Assembly (NCBI GenBank): GCA_002269645.1
Contig: NIVC01003096.1
Span: 1-64,000, forward strand
Reading direction: 5' to 3'
Source of the DNA: Macrostomum lignano
Taxonomy: Eukaryota
Length of the DNA: 64,000 bases
Shown: positions 16,880-31,720 of the stretch, in pieces
Layout: each line of letters begins with the position of its first letter
How positions within the stretch are numbered: the stretch's first letter is position 1
Notes under the pieces: generated by a model
The model's database searches: none
What the model saw: the letters and a program-made list of their open reading frames with translations, nothing else
What the model was told of the DNA's origin: nothing
Translations under genes and position numbers: made by a program

Positions 16880-19085
16880 GGCAGGACAGGCGCAAGAAGG
16901 ACAGATGCGGGCAAGACAGATGCGGACAGGACAGATGCAGGCAGGACAGATGCAGGCAGGACAGATGCAGACAGGACAGATAGGACAGGACAGATAGGAC
17001 AGGACAGATAGGACAGGACAGGACAGATAGAACAGAACAGATAAGACAGGATATATAGGACAGGATAGATAGGACAGGATAGATAGGACAGGACGGACAG
17101 GACAGGACAGATAGGACAGGACAGACAGGACAGGATAGATAGGACACTACAGACAGGACAGGACAGATAGGACAGGACAGACAGGACAGGACAGACAGGA
17201 CAGGACAGACAGGACAGGACAGACAGGACAGGACAGACAGGACAAGACAGACAGGACAGGACAGACAGGACAGGATAGATAGGACACTACAGACAGGACA
17301 GATAGGACAGGACAGACAGGACAGGACAGACAGGACAGGACAGACAGGACAGGACAGACAGGACAGGACAGACAGGACAGGACAGACAGGACAGGACAGA
17401 CAGGACAGGACAGACAGGACAGGACAGACAGGACAGGACAGACAGGACAGGACAGACAGGACAGGACAGACAGGACAGGACAGACAGGACAGGATAGATA
17501 GGACACTACAGACAGGACAGGACAGATAGGACAGGACAGACAGGACAGGACAGACAGGACAGGACAGACAGGACAGGACAGACAGGACAGGACAGACAGG
17601 ACAGGACAGACAGGACAGGACAGACAGGACAGGACAGACAGGACAGGACAGACAGGACAGGACAGATGCGGACAGGACAGATGCTAGCAGGACAGATAGG
17701 ACAGGACAGATAGGACAGGATAGATAGGACAGGACAGATAGGACAGGATAGATAGGACAGGACAGACAGGACAGGATAGATAGGACACTACAGACAGGAC
17801 AGGACAGATAGGACAGGACAGACAGGACAGGGCAGACAGGACAGGACAGACAGGACAGGACAGACAGGACAGGACAGATGCGGACAGGACAGATGCTAGC
17901 AGGACAGATAGGACAGGACGGACAGGACAGAACAGATAGGACAGGACAGACAGGACAGGATAGATAGGACACTACAGACAGGACAGGACAGATAGGACAG
18001 GACAGACAGGACAGGACAGACAGGACAGGACAGACAGGACAGGACAGACAGGACAGGACAGATGCGGACAGGACAGATGCAGACAGGACAGATGCGGACA
18101 GGACAGATGCAGACAGGACAGATGCGGGCAGGACAGATGCAGACAGGACAGATGCGGACAGGACAGATGCAGACAGGACAGATGCGGGCAGGACAGATGC
18201 GGACAGGACAGATGCAGGCAGGACAGATGCGAAAAAGACTCGTGGAAAACGAAGCAGTTTCGCATCACCCAGAAGTCAACTGGAAGGGGAGCAGCAAAGG
18301 AAGAGCTGCAGATTCTCCGGCTCAGCTCAATCAATGATGCTCTTTTCTGTCAAAGAAGCTGTTCTTAAGCGTAAAAACAAAAACAAAAGCCTGACTAATA
18401 TGGCAGTAGAGGAGCCAGGTTGGAGCAGACAGGCCAGAGAGGACAGGACAGGACAGATAGAGTAGGACAGATAGGACAGGACAGACAGGACAGGGTAGAT
18501 AGGACAGGACATATAGGACAGGACAGATAGGACAGGACAGACAGGACAGGACAGATAGGACAGGACAGATAGAACAGAACAGATAGGACAGGACAGGACA
18601 GATAGGACAGGACAGATAGGACAGGATAGATAGGACAGGACGAACAGGACAGGACAGATAGGACAGGACATATAGGACAGGACATATAGGACAGGACAGA
18701 CAGGACAGGGTAGACAGGACAGGACAGATAGGACAGGATAGATAGGACAGGACGGACAGGACAGGACAGATAGGACAGGACAGATAGGACAGGACAGACA
18801 GGACAGGACAGATAGGACAGGACAGACAGGACAGGATAGATAGGACACTACAGACAGGACAGGACAGATAGGACAGGACAGATAGGACAGGACAGACAGG
18901 ACAGGGTAGATAGGACAGGACATATAGGACAGGATAGATAGGACAGGACAGACAGGACAGGACAGACAGGACAGGACAGACAGGACAGGACAGACAGGAC
19001 AGGACAGACAGGACAGGACAGACAGGACAGGACAGATAGGACAGGACAGACAGGACAGGACAGATAGGACAGGACAGATAGGAGG
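16880..19085. repeat. GACA/GGACA compound satellite (core about 14 bp, CAGGACAGGACAGA) in two blocks, 16880-18230 and 18420-19085
   Basis: Direct reading. The recurrent variant GGATAGATAGGACACTACAGACAGG marks higher-order copies in both blocks. Confidence 0.95.
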
Positions 19086-19452
19086 AGCAGAGAAGAGGTC
19101 AGGACGAGAGGCAGAGAGAAGCAGAGTCGGACAAGCTGAACTGCAATTGCAGCGGCAGCAGCAGCAGACAGGCAGACAGGCAGACAGGGCGGTCGCTGCA
19201 GCCGCAGAACTGGCTGCGGGCGGGCTGCGGGTGGCAACCGTCTCGCGCCACCGCATTCACGGAACTCACTGCAACTCGCCAGTGAAGCAGCGCGAGGCAG
19301 CGTTGCCCCAAAGAAATTTGCATTCCCGCTGCGGCTCCGCACTCGAGCAGCAAAATCTGGCGAGTCACTGAGGCGCCCGCCGCTTCCTGTCGCTAAATGG
19401 TTTTCTTCTAAGAAAAATTGCTGCGGAAAATGCGGTGTCCAGTTGCATGCCG

Positions 19453-22400
19453 GTGGCTCATTCCTGGCTGCCTCCTCATCCCTGGCTGCCTCCTCATCCC
19501 TGGCTGCCTCCTCATCCCTGGCTGCCTACTCATTCCTGGCTGCCTCCTCATCCCTGGCTGCCTCCTCATCCCTGGCTGCCTCCTCATCCCTGGCTGCCTA
19601 CTCATTCCTGGCTGCCTACTCATTCCTGGCTGCCTACTCATTCCTGGCTGCCTCCTCATCCCTGGCTGCCTCCTCATCCCTGGCTGCCTACTCATTCCTG
19701 GCTGCCTACTCATTCCTGGCTGCCTACTCATTCCTGGCTGCCTCCTCATTCCTGGCTGCCTCCTCATCCCTGGCTGCCTACTCATCCCTGGCTGCCTACT
19801 CATTCCTGGCTGCCTACTCATTCCTGGCTGCCTCCTCATCCCTGGCTGCCTCCTCATTCCTGGCTGCCTACTCATTCCTGGCTGCCTACTCATTCCTGGC
19901 TGCCTCCTCATTCCTGGCTGCCTCCTCATCCCTGGCTGCCTCCTCATCCCTGGCTGCCTACTCATTCCTGGCTGCCTACTCATTCCTGGCTGCCTCCTCA
20001 TCCCTGGCTGCCTCCTCATCCCTGGCTGCCTACTCATTCCTGGCTGCCTCCTCATCCCTGGCTGCCTCCTCATCCCTGGCTGCCTCCTCATCCCTGGCTG
20101 CCTCCTCATCCCTGGCTGCCTACTCATTCCTGGCTGCCTCCTCATCCCTGGCTGCCTCCTCATCCCTGGCTGCCTCCTCATCCCTGGCTGCCTCCTCATC
20201 CCTGGCTGCCTCCTCATCCCTGGCTGCCTACTCATTCCTGGCTGCCTACTCATTCCTGGCTGCCTCCTCATCCCTGGCTGCCTACTCATTCCTGGCTGCC
20301 TACTCATTCCTGGCTGCCTCCTCATCCCTGGCTGCCTCCTCATCCCTGGCTGCCTCCTCATCCCTGGCTGCCTACTCATTCCTGGCTGCCTACTCATTCC
20401 TGTCTGCCTACTCATTCCTGGCTGCCTACTCATTCCTGGCTGCCTCCTCATCCCTGGCTGCCTCCTCATCCCTGGCTGCCTACTCATCCCTGGCTGCCTA
20501 CTCAATCCTGGCTGCCTACTCATTCCTGGCTGCCTACTCATTCCTGGCTGCCTCCTCATCCCTGGCTGCCTCCTCATTCCTGGCTGCCTCCTCATACCTG
20601 GCTGCCTCCTCATCCCTGGCTGCCTCCTCATCCCTGGCTGCCTACTCATTCCTGGCTGCCTACTCATTCCTGGCTGCCTCCTCATCCCTGGCTGCCTCCT
20701 CATCCCTGGCTGCCTCCTCATCCCTGGCTGCCTACTCATTCCTGGCTGCCTCCTCATCCCTGGCTGCCTCCTCATTCCTGGCTGCCTCCTCATCCCTGGC
20801 TGCCTCCTCATCCCTGGCTGCCTCCTCATCCCTGGCTGCCTCCTCATCCCTGGCTGCCTCCTCATCCCTGGCTGCCTCCTCATCCCTGGCTGCCTACTCA
20901 TTCCTGGCTGCCTACTCATTCCTGGCTGCCTACTCATTCCTGGCTGCCTACTCATTCCTGGCTGCCTCCTCATTCCTGGCTGCCTACTCATTCCTGGCTG
21001 CCTCCTCATCCCTGGCTGCCTACTCATTCCTGGCTGCCTCCTCATCCCTGGCTGCCTCCTCATCCCTGGCTGCCTCCTCATCCCTGGCTGCCTCCTCATC
21101 CCTGGCTGCCTCCTCATTCCTGGCTGCCTCCTCATCCCTGGCTGCCTCCTCATCCCTGGCTGCCTCCTCATCCCTGGCTGCCTCCTCATCCCTGGCTGCC
21201 TCCTCATCCCTGGCTGCCTCCTCATCCCTGGCTGCCTACTCATTCCTGGCTGCCTACTCATTCCTGGCTGCCTACTCATCCCTGGCTGCCTACTCATTCC
21301 TGGCTGCCTACTCATTCCTGGCTGCCTCCTCATCCCTGGCTGCCTCCTCATCCCTGGCTGCCTACTCATCCCTGGCTGCCTCCTCATCCCTGGCTGCCTC
21401 CTCATCCCTGGCTGCCTCCTCATCCCTGGCTGCCTCCTCATCCCTGGCTGCCTCCTCATCCCTGGCTGCCTCCTCATCCCTGGCTGCCTACTCATTCCTG
21501 GCTGCCTACTCATTCCTGGCTGCCTCCTCATTCCTGGCTGCCTACTCATTCCTGGCTGCCTACTCATTCCTGTCTGCCTACTCATTCCTGGCTGCCTCCT
21601 CATCCCTGGCTGCCTACTCATTCCTGGCTGCCTCCTCATCCCTGGCTGCCTCCTCATCCCTGGCTGCCTCCTCATCCCTGGCTGCCTACTCATTCCTGGC
21701 TGCCTACTCATTCCTGGCTGCCTACTCATTCCTGGCTGCCTACTCATTCCTGGCTGCCTCCTCATCCCTGGCTGCCTCCTCATCCCTGGCTGCCTACTCA
21801 TTCCTGGCTGCCTCCTCATCCCTGGCTGCCTCCTCATCCCTGGCTGCCTCCTCATCCCTGGCTGCCTCCTCATCCCTGGCTGCCTACTCATTCCTGGCTG
21901 CCTACTCATTCCTGGCTGCCTACTCATTCCTGGCTGCCTCCTCATCCCTGGCTGCCTCCTCATCCCTGGCTGCCTACTCATTCCTGGCTGCCTACTCATT
22001 CCTGTCTGCCTACTCATTCCTGGCTGCCTCCTCATCCCTGGCTGCCTCCTCATCCCTGGCTGCCTCCTCATCCCTGGCTGCCTACTCATTCCTGGCTGCC
22101 TACTCATTCCTGGCTGCCTACTCATTCCTGGCTGCCTCCTCATCCCTGGCTGCCTCCTCATCCCTGGCTGCCTACTCATTCCTGGCTGCCTACTCATTCC
22201 TGGCTGCCTACTCATTCCTGGCTGCCTACTCATTCCTGGCTGCCTCCTCATTCCTGGCTGCCTACTCATTCCTGGCTGCCTCCTCATCCCTGGCTGCCTC
22301 CTCATCCCTGGCTGCCTCCTCATCCCTGGCTGCCTCCTCATCCCTGGCTGCCTACTCATTCCTGGCTGCCTACTCATTCCTGGCTGCCTACTCATTCCTG

Positions 22401-22697
22401 GCTGCCTACTCATTCCTGGCTGCCTCCTCATCCCTAGCTGCCTCCTCATCCCTGGCTGCCTCCTCATCCCTGGCTGCCTCCTCATCGCTGGCTGCCTCCT
22501 CATCGCTGGCTGCCTCCTCATCCCTGGCTGCCTCCTCATCCCTGGCTGCCTCCTCATCCCTGGCTGCCTCCTCATCCCTGGCTGCCTCCTCATCCCTGGC
22601 TGCCTCCTCATCCCTGGCTGCCTACTCATCCCTGGCTGCCTCCTCATCCCTGGCTGCCTCCTCATCCCTGGCTGCCTCCTCATCCCTGGCTGCCTCC
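19453..22697. repeat. 18-bp minisatellite, about 180 copies, two main variants CTCATCCCTGGCTGCCTC / CTCATTCCTGGCTGCCTA
   Basis: Direct reading. It explains four ORFs of about 1000 aa in the track. Confidence 0.97.
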
Positions 22698-22749
22698 TTG
22701 GAATGGCTATTTTAATCCGCTTGCATGGGTGTCACAATTTCGCTGCCTA

Positions 22750-22968
22750 TCCCGCTGCCAGTCCCGCTGCTAATCCCGCTGCCAGTCCCGCTGCCATTCC
22801 TGCTGCTAATCCCAATGTCAATCCCGCTGCCAGTCCCGCTGCCAGTCCCACTGTCAATCCCGCTGCCAGTCCCGCTTCCAGTCCTGCTGCTAATCCCACT
22901 GTCAATCCCGCTGCCAGTCCCGCTGCCAGTCCCGCTGCCAGTCCCGCTGCCAGTCCCGCTGCCAGTCC
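22750..22968. repeat. 12-bp repeat CCCGCTGCCAGT (reads PAAS on +)
   Basis: Direct reading; degenerate copies. Confidence 0.85.
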
Positions 22969-23824
22969 CGTTTTCAATCAGTAACGGGCACCTCACAATG
23001 TCTCACACGCGAGATTGAAAGTTCTTGAAAAAGACTTACAAACTTCAGAAGACGAAAAACAGGCTGAAAAGCATTTTGAATATGAAATTCCCAGCTTCTA
23101 GCAGAATTTGTGAGGCCGATGTCTGGCTTAGCTCTGGGATTCTGCTTTTGAGGAAAAGCAACCGAGACCCCCCCAAGCAGCGCCGCTCTGCACCGCCAAT
23201 TTTCAACAGCTCAGCGGCCTCAGACTGGCAGCTCTGAAGCGCTCGGGCAAATTCCTGCCTCGGGCTTTTTCTGCTCTTCACCAACGCCGCGAGAATTTCC
23301 TAGCGGCGCCTTTCAGCAGCAGCAGATACATGCGGCCAAGCGAGACAATGGAGGCTGGAGGGGGGTCCTCACCAGCCAGCCTGCCACCCGCATCAAGCCG
23401 ATGTACAGTTTCTATTCTCTGGCGGCAACTGCCCCATTTGAGGCTTCCCGAGATGGCATCTGGAGCCGGCAGTAGGCCGGGTGTGTCAAAGCCAATCATT
23501 GATGAAGTTGCTCTAGAAGGGATGAGCTGTGTTTGAAAGAACCGAGTCCCCGAGGCGCCAGGAAAAGCTCAGCTCTGATAATGACAGGGCGTTGCGGAAT
23601 AGCAGAGAAAATTATACAGACAGTTGCTGAGAGCCCGGCAGCTGGTAATGACTGACTAGTGAGTGACACACAGTTCTCACTCACTGACTGCTCGATGGCC
23701 CAATATAGCTCTCGGACTTCTTATGGGCACTAAAAATAGGAACTAGGCAACGGCCGCGTGGGCGCCTGCTTTGGACTCTTCAACTGTCTGCTGTGTCCTG
23801 GCGCTTGTAGCGGGAATGGGGAGG

Positions 23825-24800
23825 GGCTCTGGCACTCTGCAAAGCTGAGAGTCAGGACTAGGGATTCTCTGACACTCTGCAAAGCTGAGAGTCAGGACTG
23901 TGGATGCTCTGACACCCGCAAAGCTGAGAGTCAGGACTAGGGATTCTCTGACACCCGCAAAGCTGAGAGTCAGGACTGGGGATGCTCTGACACTCTGCAA
24001 GGCTGAGAGTCAGGACTGTGGATGCTCTGACACCCTGCAAAGCTGAGAGTCAGAACTGGGGAGGAGGTCTGGCACTCTGCAAGGCTGAGAGTCAGGACTG
24101 TGGATGCTCTGACACCCTGCAAAGCTGAGAGTCAGAACTGGGGAGGAGGTCTGGCACTCTGTAAGGCTGAGAGTCAGAACTGGGGAGGGGCTCTGGCACT
24201 CTGCAAGGCTGAGAGTCAGGACTGTGGATGCTCTGATATTCTGCAAAGCTGAGAGTCAGAACTGGGGAGGAGGTCTGGCACTCTGTAAGGCTGAGAGTCA
24301 GGGCTGGGGAGGGGCTCTGGCACTCTGCAAGGCTGAGAGTCAGGACTGTGGATGCTCTGATATTCTGCAAAGCTGAGAGTCAGAACTCGGGAGGGGGATT
24401 GGCACTCTGCAAGGCTGAGAGTCAGGGCTGGGGAGGGGCTCTGGCACTCTGCAAGGCTGAGAGTCAGGGCTGGGGAGGGGCTCTGGCACTCTGCAAGGCT
24501 GAGAGTCAGGGCTGGGGAGGGGCTCTGGCACTCTGCAAGGCTGAGAGTCAGGGCTGGGGAGGGGCTCTGGCACTCTGCAAGGCTGAGAGTCAGGGCTGGG
24601 GAGGGGCTCTGGCACTCTGCAAGGCTGAGAGTCAGGATTGGGGATGCTCTGGCACTCTGCAAGGCTGAGAGTCAGGATTGGGGATGCTCTGGCACTCTGC
24701 AAGGCTGAGAGTCAGGACTGGGCTGAGGATGCTCTGACACCCCGCAAGGTTGAGAGTCAGGACTGGGGATGCTCTGACACCCTGCAAGGCTGAGTCAGAA
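23825..24800. repeat. Minisatellite, 41-42-bp unit CTCTGGCACTCTGCAAGGCTGAGAGTCAGGGCTGGGGAGGGG with variants
   Basis: Direct reading. Confidence 0.93.
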
Positions 24801-26309
24801 CTGAGGGCTCTGACAACCCGCACTAGAAATGCAATTAAAAAATTCACAGACAGGGACTTTGCTCCCACCCAGCAAGCGGTATCCGGAAGAGAAATTCCTT
24901 TTTGAGTCGAGATTAGCACAAGAGGCTCGGCAGGACTCACCTGCTCACGGGAGGCTCAAAGTCCCGGCCGGTTGCTTCCTGAAGATTTCCGCCAGCCTTC
25001 AACTTTCTCCACTAGCCAGATCTTTGTGTGGTCTGTTTGTAGGGTTGGTTGTTGGTTTTTGCGCCGTGCGCTTTTAACCGCAACACCCCCCAGAAGGCAG
25101 TGCTTGGCTGGTTGGCAAAAAACACTCACGCCAGCTCTGGCCAATGGAGTTTGTTGCACTGGAAATGGCCAGGTCGCACCCGACTTGCTGTTCAAACTGC
25201 GGCCCCTCAAAGCTGGATTCTAAAAATAGACTCGGCAAAGAAGCAGTGAAGGGCCGCTCCATTAGGGGGGCTCGCGCACTTTGCGGGGGCGGCAACCCCC
25301 CACCCCCACTAACTGGGTGCACTGTGCTGACTCAGCTGGCGGGGCCGCGGGAGACAGCAGGGGGCGGCAGGCCGCGGACTGGCAGCGGCTTGGGAACGGG
25401 ACCACACAGGCACAGCAGAGTTCAGGACTGGCGCTGCAGACACAGGCAGACAGATGGGGACAAGCATTGAAGGCCGCCTTTCCACCCACGCTCGAAAACA
25501 AAACTTATTATTTTCGAATGGGGAAACCAGGTGGGATCGGGCGCGCCGCCCCTGACTGCTGGTTGAACTTGACATGCCGGCATGACAGCTGTGAGCATTA
25601 GCTGTCAGCTCCTCCCGCTTGCTGTAGTTTTGATGCTGAATGCTCGAAGCTTGTCAGTGCCCTGCTGCTCGACTCTGGCGAGAAGTGCATTGGGAAGAAA
25701 TTTGATTGAGTAAAGATATTGAGGAGTCTGGATTAAAATTAAACAGGAAAATATGAGTAAATGGATGCGACAGGTGGCTGATTGGGCGGCATTGCCAGGC
25801 AGTCAGGCTCCCTGAATCCTCTTTCCCATAACATCGATTCCCCGGATATAAATTCCCAGAGTCTCGATTCCCCGAGTCTCAATTCCCCGGGTCTCAATGT
25901 TAAAGTTAAAATAATTGCAAATTGGCTTCCATTCCAGATTTTTATGCCTAGTATTCCATGTCACCCCAAGGATACCATGGCAATGCAAGTGGGCTTTCCC
26001 CGCACTAGAATGAGTCACCCAAGACCGTAATCATGAACCATGGCTCGCTGCCAGGAGCTGATTCGAACATTGGAAGTCCCGCCAACGGAAAACCCTTTCA
26101 GAATTTGGCAGGGGATGGCCATGCTTGCAGTCAAAGACTTCATAAGAAGAAACGGGCATGGATCTCTGAAGTCGATCAAATGTTGTTTTTAGGGGAGGGA
26201 GTTGCAACTGCGATCTACCGAATTTATTCCCAACGAGAACAAGTCACCTGACTTGGCGGCACCAGAGCTGAAGTTCTGGCAAGCAAGAGCTCTCATGACA
26301 CAAACATGA

Positions 26310-26790
26310 GGATTGTGATCACCCGGTATAAAGATGGGATTGTGAACACCCGGCATAAAGATGGGATTGTGAACACCCGGCATAGAGATGGGATTGTGAA
26401 CACCCGGCATAAAGATGGGATTGTGAACACCCGGCATAAAGCTGGGATTGTGAACACCCGGCATAGAGATGGGATTGTGAACACCCGGCATAAAGCTGGG
26501 ATTGTGAACACCCGGCATAGAGATGGGATTGTGAACACCCGGCATAAAGCTGGGATTGTAAACACCCGGCATAAAGCTGGGATTGTGAACACCCGGCATA
26601 GAGATGGGATTGTGAACACCCGGCATAAAGCTGGGATTGTGAACACCCGGCATAGAGATGGGATTGTGAACACCCGGCATAAAGCTGGGATTGTGAACAC
26701 CCGGCATAAAGATGGGATTGTGAACACCCGGCATAAAGATGGGATTGTGAATGGCTAGCATAAAGCTGGGATTGTGATGGGATTGTGAAA
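26310..26790. repeat. Minisatellite, 27-bp unit GATGGGATTGTGAACACCCGGCATAAA, about 17 copies
   Basis: Direct reading. Confidence 0.95.
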
Positions 26791-27240
26791 TCGAAATAAA
26801 TTCCATTTTTGGGGAACATGAACTTTGGCAGAGTTGATGTGACATATCTAACATTTGCTATTTTAAGCTTCAGCGTGATGGAGCGGTGCACTTATCAGAA
26901 TGCAGCATCTCAGACGGGTTAACAGTGCACAGCTTCTGTACGGGCCGCTGGGTCCGTCACAGTCTGGCAGCACTGAGAATAGCCTCCAGACTGCCTAGCA
27001 GATGTATAATTAGCAACTTCAAAGCTTTTGAAGAACCGTTCACCAATGCCTTGGAGGATGCTGCCAGACGGCTGTAGTGTGCAGAGAGATTGATAGTGAG
27101 ATATTAAATTATCACAAAAATTTATCGCACTATTAAATCTAAAGCGCCAGCGTCTCTGCATTCCGGAGTTTACACTGCGATATCAGATTTATACAGCTGA
27201 TAAAGATCTGATTCACGGCTGCTGTTGGGTTCCGGTTGAA

Positions 27241-27346
27241 TTAAAGACTGCGATTCGGGACTGGGATGCTGGGCTGCCGCAGCATGGCAGTGATGGCGGG
27301 CTTGGCGCTGGCTTCTTTCACCGTGATGCCCGACTTGATGCTGCGA
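27241..27346 (-). CDS. Candidate terminal exon of an unidentified gene (RSIKSGITVKEASAKPAITAMLRQPSIPVPNRSL*)
   Basis: Codons are strongly G/C-ending, like the Runx, NECAB and stomatin exons. There are two in-phase AGs (27348-27347, 27342-27341) and a TAA at 27243-27241. No family was recognised. Confidence 0.3.
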
Positions 27347-27351
27347 CTTGT

Positions 27352-27923
27352 GATGGGTTGTCAGATTGATGGGTTGTCAGATTGATGGGTTGTCAGATTG
27401 ATGGGTTGTCAGATTGATGGGTTGTCAGATTGATGGGTTGTCAGATTGATGGGTTGTCAGATTGATGGGTTGTCAGATTGATGGGTTGTCAGATTGATGG
27501 GTTGTCAGATTGATGGGTTGTCAGATTGATGGGTTGTCAGATTGATGGGTTGTCAGATTGATGGGTTGTCAGATTGATGGGTTGTCAGATTGATGGGTTG
27601 TCAGATTGATGGGTTGTCAGACTGATGGGTTGTCAGATTGATGGGTTGTCAGATTGATGGGTTGTCAGATTGATGGGTTGTCAGATTGATGGGTTGTCAG
27701 ATTGATGGGTTGTCAGATTGATGGGTTGTCAGATTGATGGGTTGTCAGATTGATGGGTTGTCAGATTGATGGGTTGTCAGATTGATGGGTTGTCAGATTG
27801 ATGGGTTGTCAGATTGATGGGTTGTCAGATTGATGGGTTGTCAGATTGATGGGTTGTCAGATTGATGGGTTGTCAGATTGATGGGTTGTCAGATTGATGG
27901 GTTGTCAGATTGATGGGTTGTCA
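27352..27923. repeat. Near-perfect 16-bp minisatellite GATGGGTTGTCAGATT, about 35 copies
   Basis: Period 16; only one variant seen (ACTGATGG near 27621). Confidence 0.97.
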
Positions 27924-28384
27924 GGGCTGAGGCTGTCAGGTCTGAGGCTGTAAGGTCTGAGTCTGAGGACACAGAAGAGCTCCCCCAACCGCTTGCGAAT
28001 TTCTGTTTTCCCCCAGAAGAGCTGGCATGTGCCGGGCTCAGGTGAGCACTCCGTAGCAACAGGGAAGGTTCCCAATTGAATCTGCGCAGCCAGGCTCGCA
28101 GGTAGCTGCATCCCCTGTTAATTAGGATGCAGCTGGAGAAAAAATGCGGGAAATTCTAGATTTTTCTTCATCATTTTTTTGGGAAATCCCTGCTGACTGC
28201 GGAGCTGAGCGAAATTAAAGTGGATTTTAATCCCGTCCTTGCCGCTCGGGTGGCCCCGAGTGCTTTTGAGGGCACTCGGTGTGCGGTGCTCACTCTGCTA
28301 ATGCATCACATTGACAGATTCTGCCTTGCAGAAGCACCAGCTTCAATATCCACCCTGATAGTGCAGCTGAATGCCCTCATGCAA

Positions 28385-28690
28385 ACCCTATGAGATACAC
28401 TATGAGATACACTATGAGATTAACTATGAGATAAACTATTCGATGAACTATTGGATACATTATAAGACACTATGAGACATTATGAGATACGCTATGAGAC
28501 ACTATGAGACACTGTGAGACACTATGAGACACTGTGAGACACTATGAGACACTGTGAGACACTATGAGACATTATGAGACACACTATGAGACACTATGAG
28601 ACAGTGTGAGACACTGTGAGACACTATGAGACAGTGTGAGACAGTGTGAGACACTGTGAGACACTATGAGACAGTGTGAGACACTATGAG
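28385..28690. repeat. 10-bp minisatellite GAGACACTAT / GAGACACTGT
   Basis: Direct reading. Confidence 0.9.
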
Positions 28691-29043
28691 AGCAGCGCTA
28701 TTCGAGCGGCTCCAGCGGCAGTTTTTGGCTTTCCTCCCGGTAATGCGCAGCTTCACGGTTGGCTTCATCAGCTCTGGCGACCAATTGTTTATAGAATGGA
28801 GAAGGCTGGCTGAGCAGCAGAGAAATGGGATAATAGGAGGAGTCGGTTGGCAAGTTCCGCCCCAGCGCTGCTCCAAGCTCACCTCTTCCCAAGGCCAAGA
28901 TCTGAGGCCCCGCCCTGTCTTTGCTTTCACCGCCTTCGGCATGTCAATCGCAATTCGGCACAGCCAGAGCACCGGATCGGTGGCAGGGGGACGGGGGAAG
29001 GGGGAGCTCCGGCCAGCAATAACTGGAGTTTAACTTTAATAAA

Positions 29044-31214
<2,171 letters not shown>

Positions 31215-31720
31215 CCTGCCTCTCTCTCGCATTTTCATGAGCGGCTTTCACCCACGGCTTTGCAGCCAGCCGCCATCCACGGACTTTTGCTTGCTTCTCT
31301 GTGTTTCATAGAATTTTTTTCGCTTTTCTCTCATCTTTTCTGCTTTGCAATTATTTCACCTGGGTGCAGTTCGGGTGGCTGCACTGATTCGTAATTAAAA
31401 AAGGCCAGCTTTGAATGCTGCCAACCCCGAAGGGCGAAGCTGCTTTGGTGACACATCACACCTGTTTATTGTGCTGCACCTGCGGGGGTCACAGGGTGGG
31501 TGCAGCGGCTCCGCCTATGGAATCTCACATCAACTGAGTAGCGCACAAGGAGATGATGAGGCAATGACGTTACAACAGAGTTTCTTAATACAAGACAAGC
31601 ATCTATAACTTTAATATTCTAGATGTTTCGAATTTCGATTATTCAATCAATTGGTGCAAAGTTCATCTCGCACTTTGTGACAGCCCGTCAGCCGGTGTTG
31701 AAGTAGCTGCTCAGCTGACT

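Noticed and set aside
16815-19256. Cys-rich ORFs (CPVCPVLSVLSCLS)n resembling metallothionein or keratin-associated proteins
   Set aside because: Reverse complement of the GACA/GGACA satellite.
19408-22984. Four ORFs of 1000-1188 aa
   Set aside because: They are translations of a stop-free 18-bp satellite in several frames and on both strands, with no domain or codon signal. The PAAS-repeat tail alone is insufficient evidence for a gene.
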